This document shows, one piece after another, positions 29,393-38,318 of a stretch of DNA of 64,000 nt. Under the pieces are notes generated by a model. That model had not been told where the DNA came from and did no database searches. It was given only the letters and a program-made list of their open reading frames with translations. Origin of the DNA: Nannocystales bacterium. Its GTDB lineage: Bacteria > Myxococcota_A > Polyangia > Nannocystales > Nannocystaceae. Numbering within the stretch: position 1 is the first letter of the stretch; every line of letters starts with the position of its first letter. The translations under genes were made by a program, and so were the position numbers. The stretch covers positions 352,001 to 416,000 of the forward strand of contig JBOEGF010000005.1 in NCBI GenBank assembly GCA_050633305.1, written 5' to 3'.

Positions 29393-29869
29393 TCAAGACG
29401 AAGGCGGTTCGGTGTTGGTGCGCTGTGCCTGCCGTAGGCCGCTGAGTCCCACGACAAGGACGCCGGCGGTGGAGGCGGCCATGTTCGCCAGTACCGGAAC
29501 GAGCGACGCTCCGAACATGAAGCAGAACGTCGCGAGGATGGCCGGGATCTGCGGCAGCGACGTGAACAGCACCAGGGAGTCGAAGGTGTCCTTGTCTCGG
29601 AAGCGTTGGGTCTGTTCTTCGGGCGGTCGCGCCGCCATGCGTCTCTCGATCCGGCGGGCTTGAGCACGAACGCCGAACCAGGTGGTGAGCGCGACCAAGC
29701 TCAACAGGCTCCAAACCGGCAGCTCCAGCGACGGCCGAAGGTACGCCCGCACCTCGTCGAACTCGGGCGGAAACATCAGCTGGCGCAGGTACGTCTCCGC
29801 GACCAGGGCCATCGGCGTGGAGAGGGCGACGAGCGCCAGCATCAGCCAGGTCTGTCGCCGCAGCGTCAT
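29393..29869 (-). CDS. Four-TM membrane protein, unknown function
   Basis: Four hydrophobic segments; 42 bp downstream of the LysM-FecR gene on the same strand. Confidence 0.7.
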   Translation of the reverse strand: MTLRRQTWLMLALVALSTPMALVAETYLRQLMFPPEFDEVRAYLRPSLELPVWSLLSLVALTTWFGVRAQARRIERRMAARPPEEQTQRFRDKDTFDSLVLFTSLPQIPAILATFCFMFGASLVPVLANMAASTAGVLVVGLSGLRQAQRTNTEPPSS

Positions 29870-29911
29870 GACCTGGGCATGATAGCCGGTCGACCGCCTG
29901 CTACACGACCT

Positions 29912-32047
29912 CTACCGCGCCTTGGCGGAGCTCCGGCGGAACACGCCGCTGATGCCCAGCAAGAACTGGGGAGAGTGTGACGCCCCCGCGTCGTCGCTCC
30001 GCTTGAGCACGACGTCACGTAGCCCGGCGCGAACCGCAAGGTTCCTGGTCGCGAAGAACTTGACGCCGCCTCCCCAGTGGAAGCTTGCGTCCGTATCGTC
30101 GCCGAGGACGCTGGGGTCCGAAGTGAGTCCGGTGACGCCACCGCCGAGCAAGACGTAGGGCGTGACGCGGCTGGGCATCTGCGCGATGAGAGATGCGCGG
30201 CCCTCGAACAGCAAAACGTCGCTGCCCTCGCGTAGGCGGGTGGGTGCGAGCCCCCCCTCGAACTCGATACCGAACTGCCGCACGGGGTAGTAGCCAAGCC
30301 GAAGACCGACGTCGGGAGAGACCCGCGCGATCCTCCGGTCGTTGGCCAAGGGGCTGTCGGTGGTCACCAACTCGTGGTTCGTCGACATCGAGATGAAGCC
30401 GCCGTAGACGCCGGCTTCGAACATGTGGGTATCCCGCTTCTTCTCGGGCTCCGGCACGTCGGGCTCCGGCTCGCCGGGTTCGAGGATGGTGACCGGAAAC
30501 TCGGCCAGCGTGACGTCTGTGCCCGCGATGATGATCCCGAATGTCGCAGGGGAGAGGGCGGAGTTGTCTGTGGAAACGTCGACAACCCAGCTTCCGTCGT
30601 CGGTCTTTCGCATCTGGCTCACGTCGAAGCCCGCCGGGGCCTCGACCGCCAGCTCTGCCGGAAGCTGGTCGGCGGAGGAGAGCGCCAGGTCGAGAGTTGT
30701 CGACGAGCCTCGCCGTACGGTGAACGAGCCGGAGCCCTCGCCGTCGGCCTGCGCGACCTTGATCTCGATGACGTCGACCGCGAAGCCTCCCACAGGCTTT
30801 CCTTCCGCGTCCTGGCAACGCACCTGCTGTACGCCAGCCCCGGAGGCGGTCACGGTCGTCGTGAGGTCCTGCGTGCCGAGGCCACACGTGAGCCCTTCAG
30901 GAGCGTCGAATCGAGCGCCTGGGAGCACACGAACCGGCGCCATGGGTTGACCGGCATCGGGCATTGGCACCGGGACCGCGTCCCCCGTGGGAGCGACCAG
31001 GGGTGTGGAGATGACCTTGGTCTTGTACAAGCGCGAAGGCGGACTCTCGAACTTGTCGTCGTCGACGGCGGCGACCGTGGCGAAGTACTCGCCCGTGGGA
31101 AGGCCATGGACCTCAAACGCGGTGGCGCTCTTGGGAACTTGGACGGAGGTCATGATGAACCCTCCTTGCGCCATCCGGCCGACTTCGACGCGGTAGGTCT
31201 CCGCTTTGGGGACGGACTTCCAGCCACCGGCGATCGTCCCTGACGCACCATCGGGGATGAGGAAGGTGCCCGCGTTGTCCGATGCCCAACTTGGGGTGTC
31301 GGGGAGGGGTTTGGGTGGGGTGGGGGCTTTGCCTTTCTTGACCTTGGACCCCATGAGTTCGGGGACATTCGTCGGCTTCCCTCGCTTGCCCGAGCTGACC
31401 TTTGCCTTGCCGCCTCCGTGGTTGGCGACCCGAGACGTGCCCTCCGTGTCGACCGTGATCAGGGCCGAGCCTCCGGTGAGCTCGGTGTTGGCCGATGGGG
31501 TCTCGACCGCGAGAGTCTTCCCTCCTGAGAGTTCTCCTAGCCGGCTACGCAACGCGCCCTTGTCCAGCTTCGCGGTGGTGCTGGTTCGGCGTGCGGCCCC
31601 GTCGGTTCCCCCGTAGATGATGACGAGGGTGTTCTCGCGCATGTAGATGCGCGACGTGTCCCGGAAGGTGACCTCGGCGAACGCTTTTTCGAGCGTGGAG
31701 ACACGCCAGCCCCGGAACAGATCGAAGCCTTGGCCTGCGGTCTTCCATCCGGTGTCCGAGGGCGAGCGCGCTTCCACCTGACGTTCTGATGCCGTGACCT
31801 GGGCGGCGGGCTTGACGGTCTCGCGGGGGAGCTTGAGCACCTCTCCGGCCACCAGCTTGTGTGGCGTCGGGCCCATGTCCGGGTTGTGCTTGTGAATGCG
31901 GTCGTAGGCCTTGCGGCTTCCGAACTCACGCTTCGCGATCTTGGCGCACGAGTCGCCTTCCTTGACGGTGTAGTCGTACAGCTCGACGTCGGAGTCAGGG
32001 GCGTAGATCGCGAGGAGAGAGACGGCGGAGGCGATGAGGGAGAGCAT
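29912..32047 (-). CDS. LysM - FecR - Fn3/Ig-like - C-terminal outer-membrane beta-barrel protein
   Basis: Signal peptide; YTVKEGDSCAKIA (LysM); VSTLEKAFAEVTFRDTSRIYMRENT...VETPSA (FecR); WKSVPKAETYRVEV (Fn3); amphipathic beta strands at the C-terminus. Confidence 0.85.
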   Translation of the reverse strand: MLSLIASAVSLLAIYAPDSDVELYDYTVKEGDSCAKIAKREFGSRKAYDRIHKHNPDMGPTPHKLVAGEVLKLPRETVKPAAQVTASERQVEARSPSDTGWKTAGQGFDLFRGWRVSTLEKAFAEVTFRDTSRIYMRENTLVIIYGGTDGAARRTSTTAKLDKGALRSRLGELSGGKTLAVETPSANTELTGGSALITVDTEGTSRVANHGGGKAKVSSGKRGKPTNVPELMGSKVKKGKAPTPPKPLPDTPSWASDNAGTFLIPDGASGTIAGGWKSVPKAETYRVEVGRMAQGGFIMTSVQVPKSATAFEVHGLPTGEYFATVAAVDDDKFESPPSRLYKTKVISTPLVAPTGDAVPVPMPDAGQPMAPVRVLPGARFDAPEGLTCGLGTQDLTTTVTASGAGVQQVRCQDAEGKPVGGFAVDVIEIKVAQADGEGSGSFTVRRGSSTTLDLALSSADQLPAELAVEAPAGFDVSQMRKTDDGSWVVDVSTDNSALSPATFGIIIAGTDVTLAEFPVTILEPGEPEPDVPEPEKKRDTHMFEAGVYGGFISMSTNHELVTTDSPLANDRRIARVSPDVGLRLGYYPVRQFGIEFEGGLAPTRLREGSDVLLFEGRASLIAQMPSRVTPYVLLGGGVTGLTSDPSVLGDDTDASFHWGGGVKFFATRNLAVRAGLRDVVLKRSDDAGASHSPQFLLGISGVFRRSSAKAR

Positions 32048-32050
32048 GGG

Positions 32051-33598
32051 TCAGGTCTTGCGCTTGCGTTGGCGTCTGGCGTGGACGCGTCGAACCTTGC
32101 GCGTGAGTTCTTCGATACGTACGGGGATCGGGACGACATCCGCGACCCCGAGCCGCAGCAGGTGCGAGATCCGTTCCACTTCTGATGTGTCCGCGATGGC
32201 GACCACTGTGTGACCGTCTTGGACGGTTCGCGCCAGGGCCCCATCACCGCCGCCTGAGACGATGACGACACTGCACTGGGGCGTATCTCCACCATGGGGC
32301 TCAACGGGGGGCTCAACGGGGGGCTCAACGGGGGGCTCAACGGGGGGCTCAACGGGGGGCTCAACGGGGATCACTCGGATCCCGTTGCTCGCGAGGGCCA
32401 TGACGATTTCTTCGGTCAGCTCCCCTACGAATCCTGCATCGATGATCTCGACGCCGCTGGGGAGCGAGGCGTCGGGGGCGAGGGCCATGGCGGCTGGCAC
32501 CGAGATCATGCGGTCGGTGCGCTCGCCGAGCATCCGGTCGCTACGGCTGCGGTGCCGGGCGCCGGAGAGGGTGCCCGAAACACGCTGCAGCTCTTCGCCG
32601 ACCCGCTCGATGCTTGGTCTCTCGAACGGCTGCTTGGCGAGCATGTGTAGGACGAGTGCTTCGAAGTCGCTGGGGATGCCCGCATCCGGAGCCCGCTCTC
32701 GGAGGGAAACGGGCGCCACGTACAGATGCTGGGTGAGCACGTTCATCCAGCTGCCGAGGAACGGTGGCCACCCGGTGGCCATCTCGTACAGCATGCATCC
32801 GAACGAGTAGACGTCCCCTGGGGGACCGACGACCTTGCCTTGGGCCTGCTCCGGCGAGAGGTACGCGGGCGTTCCCACGACGAGTCCCTCCTTGGTGAGG
32901 CGTCCCATGTCCTCGCCGCCTTCGACGAAGGCCAGTCCAAAGTCGAGCACACGGATGGCTTCTCGTTCGCCGTCCTGCTCGAGGAAGATGTTCTCGGGCT
33001 TGAGGTCGCGGTGAACGAGCGGGATCGTGTGCGCGGCCGCGAGAACGTCCACGAGCGGGGTCGCTATTTCGAGGAGCCGGTCCAGCGGGAGTGGAGTTCC
33101 GTCGTGCATGAAATCGCGAAGCGGCGCGCCCTCGAGCAACTCCATCGCGATGTAGACATGGGACTCGGAAGCTCCGACATCGAAGATGCGAACCGCGACC
33201 GGATGGGTGAGCGTGGCCGCAACCCGGGCTTCTCGCTCGAAGCGACGACGCCCCAGATCGTTGACCGCGAGGTGCGGCGCGAGCAGTTTGAGCGCGACTT
33301 CACGACCGAGGTTGAGCTGGGTCGCTCGGTACACCGAGCCCATCCCGCCTTGGCCGATGAGCTCCGCAATCTCGAACTTACCGTCCACGATCGTGCCCCG
33401 AGGAATGAGCTCGTCTCCCTCGTTCGCGTCGGTGAACTGCTCGTGCTGCGCGTCGCGAGTTGTCGAGGGGTCTTCGAGTCCGCGAAAGGCCTCGGTGACT
33501 TCGACGCGTTGGGGAGGCGCTTGAGGCCGCTGTGTTTGTGGCGACCGACCGGCCGCAGGCACGGGTGCTTTCGCGATGATCGTCTTTCCGGACTTCAC
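32051..33598 (-). CDS. Cytoplasmic Ser/Thr kinase with C-terminal degenerate receiver-like domain
   Basis: GQGGMGSVY, VALKLL, HRDLKPEN, DFG, GTPAYLSPE; tail LLRLGVADVVPIPVRIEELTRKV resembles REC beta5-alpha5. GTG start overlaps the cyclase stop (GTGA). Confidence 0.88.
   Translation of the reverse strand: MKSGKTIIAKAPVPAAGRSPQTQRPQAPPQRVEVTEAFRGLEDPSTTRDAQHEQFTDANEGDELIPRGTIVDGKFEIAELIGQGGMGSVYRATQLNLGREVALKLLAPHLAVNDLGRRRFEREARVAATLTHPVAVRIFDVGASESHVYIAMELLEGAPLRDFMHDGTPLPLDRLLEIATPLVDVLAAAHTIPLVHRDLKPENIFLEQDGEREAIRVLDFGLAFVEGGEDMGRLTKEGLVVGTPAYLSPEQAQGKVVGPPGDVYSFGCMLYEMATGWPPFLGSWMNVLTQHLYVAPVSLRERAPDAGIPSDFEALVLHMLAKQPFERPSIERVGEELQRVSGTLSGARHRSRSDRMLGERTDRMISVPAAMALAPDASLPSGVEIIDAGFVGELTEEIVMALASNGIRVIPVEPPVEPPVEPPVEPPVEPPVEPHGGDTPQCSVVIVSGGGDGALARTVQDGHTVVAIADTSEVERISHLLRLGVADVVPIPVRIEELTRKVRRVHARRQRKRKT
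32296..32369. repeat. 12-bp perfect tandem repeat (GGGGCTCAACGG) x6 encoding (PVEP)6
   Basis: Read directly; in frame within the kinase C-terminal domain. Confidence 0.95.
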
Positions 33599-35346
33599 AG
33601 GTTCAGCTCGAACAGGCGGGTCGGAGTCTCGTGCCCCGCCAGCGTCCGCTCGCCCAGCTCGGTGAACGAGAACCCGTCGCCCGCCGCTTCCTTCGTCTGC
33701 TCCGTGATCAAGATCTGCTGAGGTCGAGCGATCGCCTCCAGACGGGCTGCCACGTTCACGGCGTCGCCGATCGCCGTGTACTCCATCCGAGTCTTCGAGC
33801 CGATGTTCCCCACGACCGCTTCCCCGGAGTTGATCCCCACGGCGATCTGGATCGTCACGCCGTACTTCTTCTTCCAGTTCGCGTTCCCGATCTCCAGCCA
33901 TGAAACGATCTCTTCCGCGGCTTCCAAGGCCCGTGCGGCGTGGTCCGGCTCGTCGCTGGGAGCGCCCCAGATCGCCATGACGCAGTCGCCGATGAACTTG
34001 TCGACCGTACCATCGTGACGAAACACGATGTCGGTCAGGATCGTGAACAGCTCGTTGAGGATCTGAACCGTGGCCTCGGGTTCGAGCTCCTGAGTCAGCG
34101 GCGTGAATGCCACGACGTCTGCGAACAACACTGTAATTTCACGGCGGGCCCCGCCAAGGCCCATGTCCTGCTCGCGCTTGACCACTTTGTCGACCAGTTC
34201 GGCCGGAAGGTAGCGGCCCAAGTCGGCACGAATTGCTTCCTCTTCGCGGATCCGGACCTCGGAGGCTTGCAGGTCGTTCGCGGCCTGACTCATGGCGCGC
34301 CCCAAGACGGCCAGCTCGTCAGAGGTCTTGATCTCGACGGTCTCTGTGAAGTTTCGCCGCGCCAGTGAATCCGCGAACGTGCTCAGTTGCTCGATCGGGC
34401 TGGTGACCTGCCGGGACAAGACCACGCTGGCGATCATGGCGATGACGAGCGCGGCAATCACGGCCCCGGTGACGATGCGCTGGACGCGAGTGACCGGGGC
34501 ATACGCGACGTCGCGAGGGACCTGTGCGACCAGAGCCCAGCGGCGCGCTCTCAGACCGACGACGGTTCCGACCCATTGGCTCCCATCCGAGCCCGTGTAC
34601 TCCGCGGATTGGGAGAATCTGCGTTTCTCGCCCAGCTCGATCCCTCGCAACGCGCCTTCATCCGCTCCGCTGGCCAAGGTGTCTGCGAGCTCGCGGTTCG
34701 GGTGTGCGAGGTAGCGCTGCTCCTCGTCGACGACGTATAGAGCGTTGGTCAGGTCCGTGAAGTGGGCGTCTGCCTGGGACTCGACCCGTCGCTGGATCTC
34801 GGCCGTGGAGACCAGGCTGACCGCATATCCGGTGACCGTGTCTTCGGCGCGCAACGGAACCACGATGGGCAGCCGCGGACCGTGAGCGGTGACCGTTGCG
34901 AGTCCGGTCGCGACGCCCTCGATCGTTGCCACCTCCCGGAGCTCGGCGGCGAGCGTTGGAGGCGTCTGGAAGTTCTCAAGGCGGCCCTCGACGATGGGGG
35001 TAATGACCTCTCCTTTTGCGTCGTAGATGATCGCGTTGTCGAGGACCTCGTTGCTCTCGACGAGCACCGTCGACATCGAGATGCGCGCATCCTCGGAGAG
35101 GGTGTCGTTGGTGAGCGTCCGGCCGATCGCGTCGAGGCCATCCTGGGCTTGGGATAACTCGTGTTCGATCGCCTCCGCGACAACCTCGAGCACCGCGATC
35201 TGGAGCTCTCGATATGAGGTCTCGACCGTCGCACGGGTGAGCTCGATCGCCGCCCAACCAACGCCGACGATGTGGACGATGAGCAGGAGGGCTGCGAAGA
35301 CCGCGAGCTTGATCCGCAGGGGGAAGCGGACGGAGCGATCGCTCAT
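33595..35346 (-). CDS. Class III adenylate/guanylate cyclase with periplasmic Cache-like and HAMP domains
   Basis: Two TMs, HAMP (PIEQLS...DELAVLG), TVLFADVVAFT, VDKFIGDCVMA, YTAIGDAVNVAARLE. The Lys of DKFIGD and the Thr suggest ATP specificity. ATGA-coupled to the HK. Confidence 0.93.
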   Translation of the reverse strand: MSDRSVRFPLRIKLAVFAALLLIVHIVGVGWAAIELTRATVETSYRELQIAVLEVVAEAIEHELSQAQDGLDAIGRTLTNDTLSEDARISMSTVLVESNEVLDNAIIYDAKGEVITPIVEGRLENFQTPPTLAAELREVATIEGVATGLATVTAHGPRLPIVVPLRAEDTVTGYAVSLVSTAEIQRRVESQADAHFTDLTNALYVVDEEQRYLAHPNRELADTLASGADEGALRGIELGEKRRFSQSAEYTGSDGSQWVGTVVGLRARRWALVAQVPRDVAYAPVTRVQRIVTGAVIAALVIAMIASVVLSRQVTSPIEQLSTFADSLARRNFTETVEIKTSDELAVLGRAMSQAANDLQASEVRIREEEAIRADLGRYLPAELVDKVVKREQDMGLGGARREITVLFADVVAFTPLTQELEPEATVQILNELFTILTDIVFRHDGTVDKFIGDCVMAIWGAPSDEPDHAARALEAAEEIVSWLEIGNANWKKKYGVTIQIAVGINSGEAVVGNIGSKTRMEYTAIGDAVNVAARLEAIARPQQILITEQTKEAAGDGFSFTELGERTLAGHETPTRLFELNL

Positions 35347-37172
35347 GGAATCCTCGAAAGGGCCTGCTCCAGCTCACCGAACCGAAGTTGAAGGCCCGGC
35401 CAGTCCACGATCCCGCTGGCGGCGACCGTCCGCAGCGCGTCCTCGACGTCCGAGCGGAGTTTGAGTGCCACACCACGCGCGGATTCCCCTGTGAGCATCG
35501 CCGCCAAGATGTTGAGGTTGGCGTGCGCGTCGTCGAGCGCGGTCTGGGAAGGCATCGAGCCATCTCCGGCCAGGAGGGGGCGCAGTGCCGCCATGCGCTC
35601 TGTCGGGCTCGCGAGTGTGTCCTGCGAGAACAGGCCAGAGTCCATGGCCATGGTCTCTCGTCGTTGGCCTGAAGGGGTCGACTGCGGCCGCACCACGGGC
35701 CGCGCTCGCGTCTCGGAGACCGGTCTGGGAACCTCGAACGAGAACGTCGAGCCGTGCCCGACCTCGCTCTCCACCCAGATCCGCCCGCCGTGGGCGTCGA
35801 CGATCGACTTGGAGATGACCAACCCCAGGCCCGAGCCCATCTTGGTGCGGCGGGTGCTGGAATCGAGTTGGCTGAACTTCTTGAACAGGCGGGGAAGATC
35901 GCGGGCGGCGATACCTGGGCCTTGGTCGCGGACGCGGACGCGGACCCGGCTGCCGTTGGTTGGCTCGATGTCGATCGTGACGACGCTGGACTCCGGGGAG
36001 AACTTGATCGCGTTGGAAACCAGATTTGTGATCACCTGGTGGATGCGGTCGCGGTCGATGTGGACGGCGTCGGGCGCGGTGGACTGCACGTCCAGCGTGA
36101 CGCCCGCTTGGGTCGCGAGTGCACCGATCTCGCGAGCGACATCGTGGGCAACCTCGCCCATGGAGACGGTCTTGCGTTTGAGCCCCAGCCGTCCCGACTC
36201 CATCTTCTCGAGGTCGAGGATGTCGTTGATCAGGCGGATCAGACGGTCGGTGTTTGTCCGCGCGATCCGGGTCAGGTCTCGCGCCTTTTGGGGGAGTTCT
36301 CCTGCGACACCGCCTTCGAGCAGGCCCAATGAGCCCCGGATCGAGGTGAGAGGCGTGCGAAGCTCGTGCGACACGATCGAGACGAACTCGTCCTTCATGC
36401 GTTGTGCCTTGAGCCGCTCGGTCACGTCGGTCGCGACACCGACCACGCCGTCTCGCGCTCCGTCCCGAGAAGAGTAGGGGGAGCACCGAACCTCATAGGC
36501 GAGCGAACCAACCTCGATCGTGCTGACCGCAACGCGGCCCGAGAGTGCCTCGCGCACGATCTCCAGCAGGTCGGGCATCTGCGCGTAAGCCTCGAACACG
36601 CTCTCGCCCACAAGCTCGGGGGAGGCGAAGGCCGCCCCAACCGCGCCCATGCCCTCGATCAGGGTGAACTGTCCTTCATCGTTGAGCGCGAACAACACGA
36701 TGGGTGCTCCGGTCACGATCGTGCGCAGGCGGGCCTGCGAGCGGCGGAGTTCTTCCTCCGTCTTTCTCTGCGATGTGACGTCGCGATGCGAGAGGACCAG
36801 ACAGCGAGGCTCGATGTCGGCGGGACGAACCTCGGTTCGCCACCATCGAATCTTGTGCTCGGAGGTCCGGACCCGGTACGTCAGGGTCCGAGGATGAGGG
36901 GCGCTGCCATCGAGCGCGGCATCGATGGCTCGGCCCAGCTGCGCACCCGCGTGGCGAAGCGTTGGCTCGAGGTCGTCGAGGCTCGCCCGGTAGGCGTCAC
37001 CGACGTCTCCTCGAGCCTTGCCGGCCAAGGGCGGGCCGTCGTCGGCGAGCCAAGCTGCATTCGCAACCCAGAGCTCACCGGAGGGGCCGACGAGCGCGCT
37101 GGGAAGTTCCAGCGCGTCGACGATGGCCTGGGCGTAGCGCCGCGCATCGGGAGCCATGCCCATGGATACCAT
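35343..37172 (-). CDS. Cytoplasmic PAS-domain sensor histidine kinase
   Basis: Two PAS-like domains; SHELRTPL, NLVSNAIKF, DQGPGI, GSGLGL; extra helical C-terminal tail. Start may be 37163 or 37157. Confidence 0.92.
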   Translation of the reverse strand: MVSMGMAPDARRYAQAIVDALELPSALVGPSGELWVANAAWLADDGPPLAGKARGDVGDAYRASLDDLEPTLRHAGAQLGRAIDAALDGSAPHPRTLTYRVRTSEHKIRWWRTEVRPADIEPRCLVLSHRDVTSQRKTEEELRRSQARLRTIVTGAPIVLFALNDEGQFTLIEGMGAVGAAFASPELVGESVFEAYAQMPDLLEIVREALSGRVAVSTIEVGSLAYEVRCSPYSSRDGARDGVVGVATDVTERLKAQRMKDEFVSIVSHELRTPLTSIRGSLGLLEGGVAGELPQKARDLTRIARTNTDRLIRLINDILDLEKMESGRLGLKRKTVSMGEVAHDVAREIGALATQAGVTLDVQSTAPDAVHIDRDRIHQVITNLVSNAIKFSPESSVVTIDIEPTNGSRVRVRVRDQGPGIAARDLPRLFKKFSQLDSSTRRTKMGSGLGLVISKSIVDAHGGRIWVESEVGHGSTFSFEVPRPVSETRARPVVRPQSTPSGQRRETMAMDSGLFSQDTLASPTERMAALRPLLAGDGSMPSQTALDDAHANLNILAAMLTGESARGVALKLRSDVEDALRTVAASGIVDWPGLQLRFGELEQALSRIP

Positions 37173-37193
37173 CGAGGGGCCGAGCGGAGCGGC

Positions 37194-38099
37194 CTAGATG
37201 AAGCGAACGCCGAGCAGGACAGAGGTGATCGTGTCGAGCTGCTCGACCTCTGGGAGGGGGTCGTTCTCGTACCGGAGCGTGAAGGTGGTTGAAAGGCTGA
37301 CCCGGTTGTTGAGGTTCGCCGTGAGGGCCGTGGCCCAGTTGATCCGGAAGACCGGCGCGTCGACGACCGACTGTAGGTACTCGATCCCGGTATCGAACGT
37401 GACGTATTCGTTGAGGTTGTTGGTGTAGCCGCCGAACAGGCGTGCGGCGTGGTTGGTAAACGTCTTCGCCTCCAGTGAGATGACCTCGCCGGCGTCGTCG
37501 CGAGTTGCCCGACCGTCGTACGTTCTGATGTCGTACTGGAAGTCGTATCCTGCTTCGAACCAAAGCCGCTGCTTCGGGTCGGTGAGGGCGTAGAACGAGA
37601 AACCGGGGTCCACGTTCATTCGGTAGGCGAGCCCCTGGAAGGAGTCGGTGCGCGCTGTCGTCTGCAGGAACATCGACCATCGCTTCGCGAAGAACCAGTC
37701 GTAGCGGACCATCCCCTGTAGGTTGCGAACTGTGACCTCAGCCTCGGGATCGCTGTCGAGCTCCGTCGGAACCGATGCCCGCCCGTAGTTTCCTGCGGCG
37801 TCGGTGCGGAACTGGTGAGCGCCACGGCGGAGACGGAAGTTGATGAGGGCGGTCGCGGAGGTTGCGACCGCGTTGCCTGTCGACATGAAACCCCCCAGGG
37901 AGGCGTTCAACTCGGTCGCGTCGTCGGCTTTCTCGTCGTCGGGGGTCGCTGACGCGGCGAACGTTCCCTGCCCGGCGACTTCTGTGTTGCCGGTCGTGGC
38001 GGGGTCTTTGGTGACGGTGCCTTCGGGGGGCTGAGCAAGCGTGTAGCCTGCGGTTCCGAGATTGATGGCGGAGAAGGTCAGTAGAGCGAGGGCGTTCAT
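37194..38099 (-). CDS. DUF481 (YdiY-like) outer-membrane beta-barrel protein
   Basis: Signal peptide; GGFMSTGN, DSFQGLAYR, LRYENDP...DTITSVLLGVRF. RBS GGAAGGA. Confidence 0.82.
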   Translation of the reverse strand: MNALALLTFSAINLGTAGYTLAQPPEGTVTKDPATTGNTEVAGQGTFAASATPDDEKADDATELNASLGGFMSTGNAVATSATALINFRLRRGAHQFRTDAAGNYGRASVPTELDSDPEAEVTVRNLQGMVRYDWFFAKRWSMFLQTTARTDSFQGLAYRMNVDPGFSFYALTDPKQRLWFEAGYDFQYDIRTYDGRATRDDAGEVISLEAKTFTNHAARLFGGYTNNLNEYVTFDTGIEYLQSVVDAPVFRINWATALTANLNNRVSLSTTFTLRYENDPLPEVEQLDTITSVLLGVRFI

Positions 38100-38130
38100 G
38101 CGCGTCCTTCCGGTAGCTGTGACTGACCAT

Positions 38131-38147
38131 TGCAGGACCGGGGCCAA
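38131..38147 (-). promoter_or_regulatory. Putative sigma54 (-24/-12) promoter of the DUF481 operon
   Basis: Minus strand TTGGCCCCGGTCCTGCA (GG-N10-GC). Predicted TSS near 38120, upstream of the RBS and the ATG at 38099. Confidence 0.6.
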
Positions 38148-38204
38148 CGTTGCCAACTCTTGCGAAATTCGGAGTTGTGGGGGTGTTCGGACCGGTCGGC
38201 CCTC

Positions 38205-38219
38205 GGGGCACGCTGCCCC
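38205..38219. promoter_or_regulatory. Putative enhancer (bEBP binding site) GGGGCA-N3-TGCCCC
   Basis: Perfect inverted repeat GGGGCACGCTGCCCC about 90 bp upstream of the predicted TSS. Related sites occur at 39731-39759. Confidence 0.5.
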
Positions 38220-38318
38220 AGCGCGGCGCCTCGCCTCCCCCGCACGCCCGCTCAGACCGCGTTTTCACGCAGGTTTGGCGACCGCTGGCTTGGAACGAAC
38301 AATGCTATAGAGGGAGGC

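Noticed and set aside
32296..32369. Tandem repeat as a CRISPR array
   Set aside because: 12-bp head-to-tail units without spacers, in frame in a CDS, and no cas genes in the window.
38291..38305. Sigma54 promoter TGGAACGAACAATGC for the NtrC-type gene
   Set aside because: Spacing fits, but the TSS would fall near 38317, at the end of the GGGAGG RBS. An extended -10 (TGcTATAGA) explains the site equally well.
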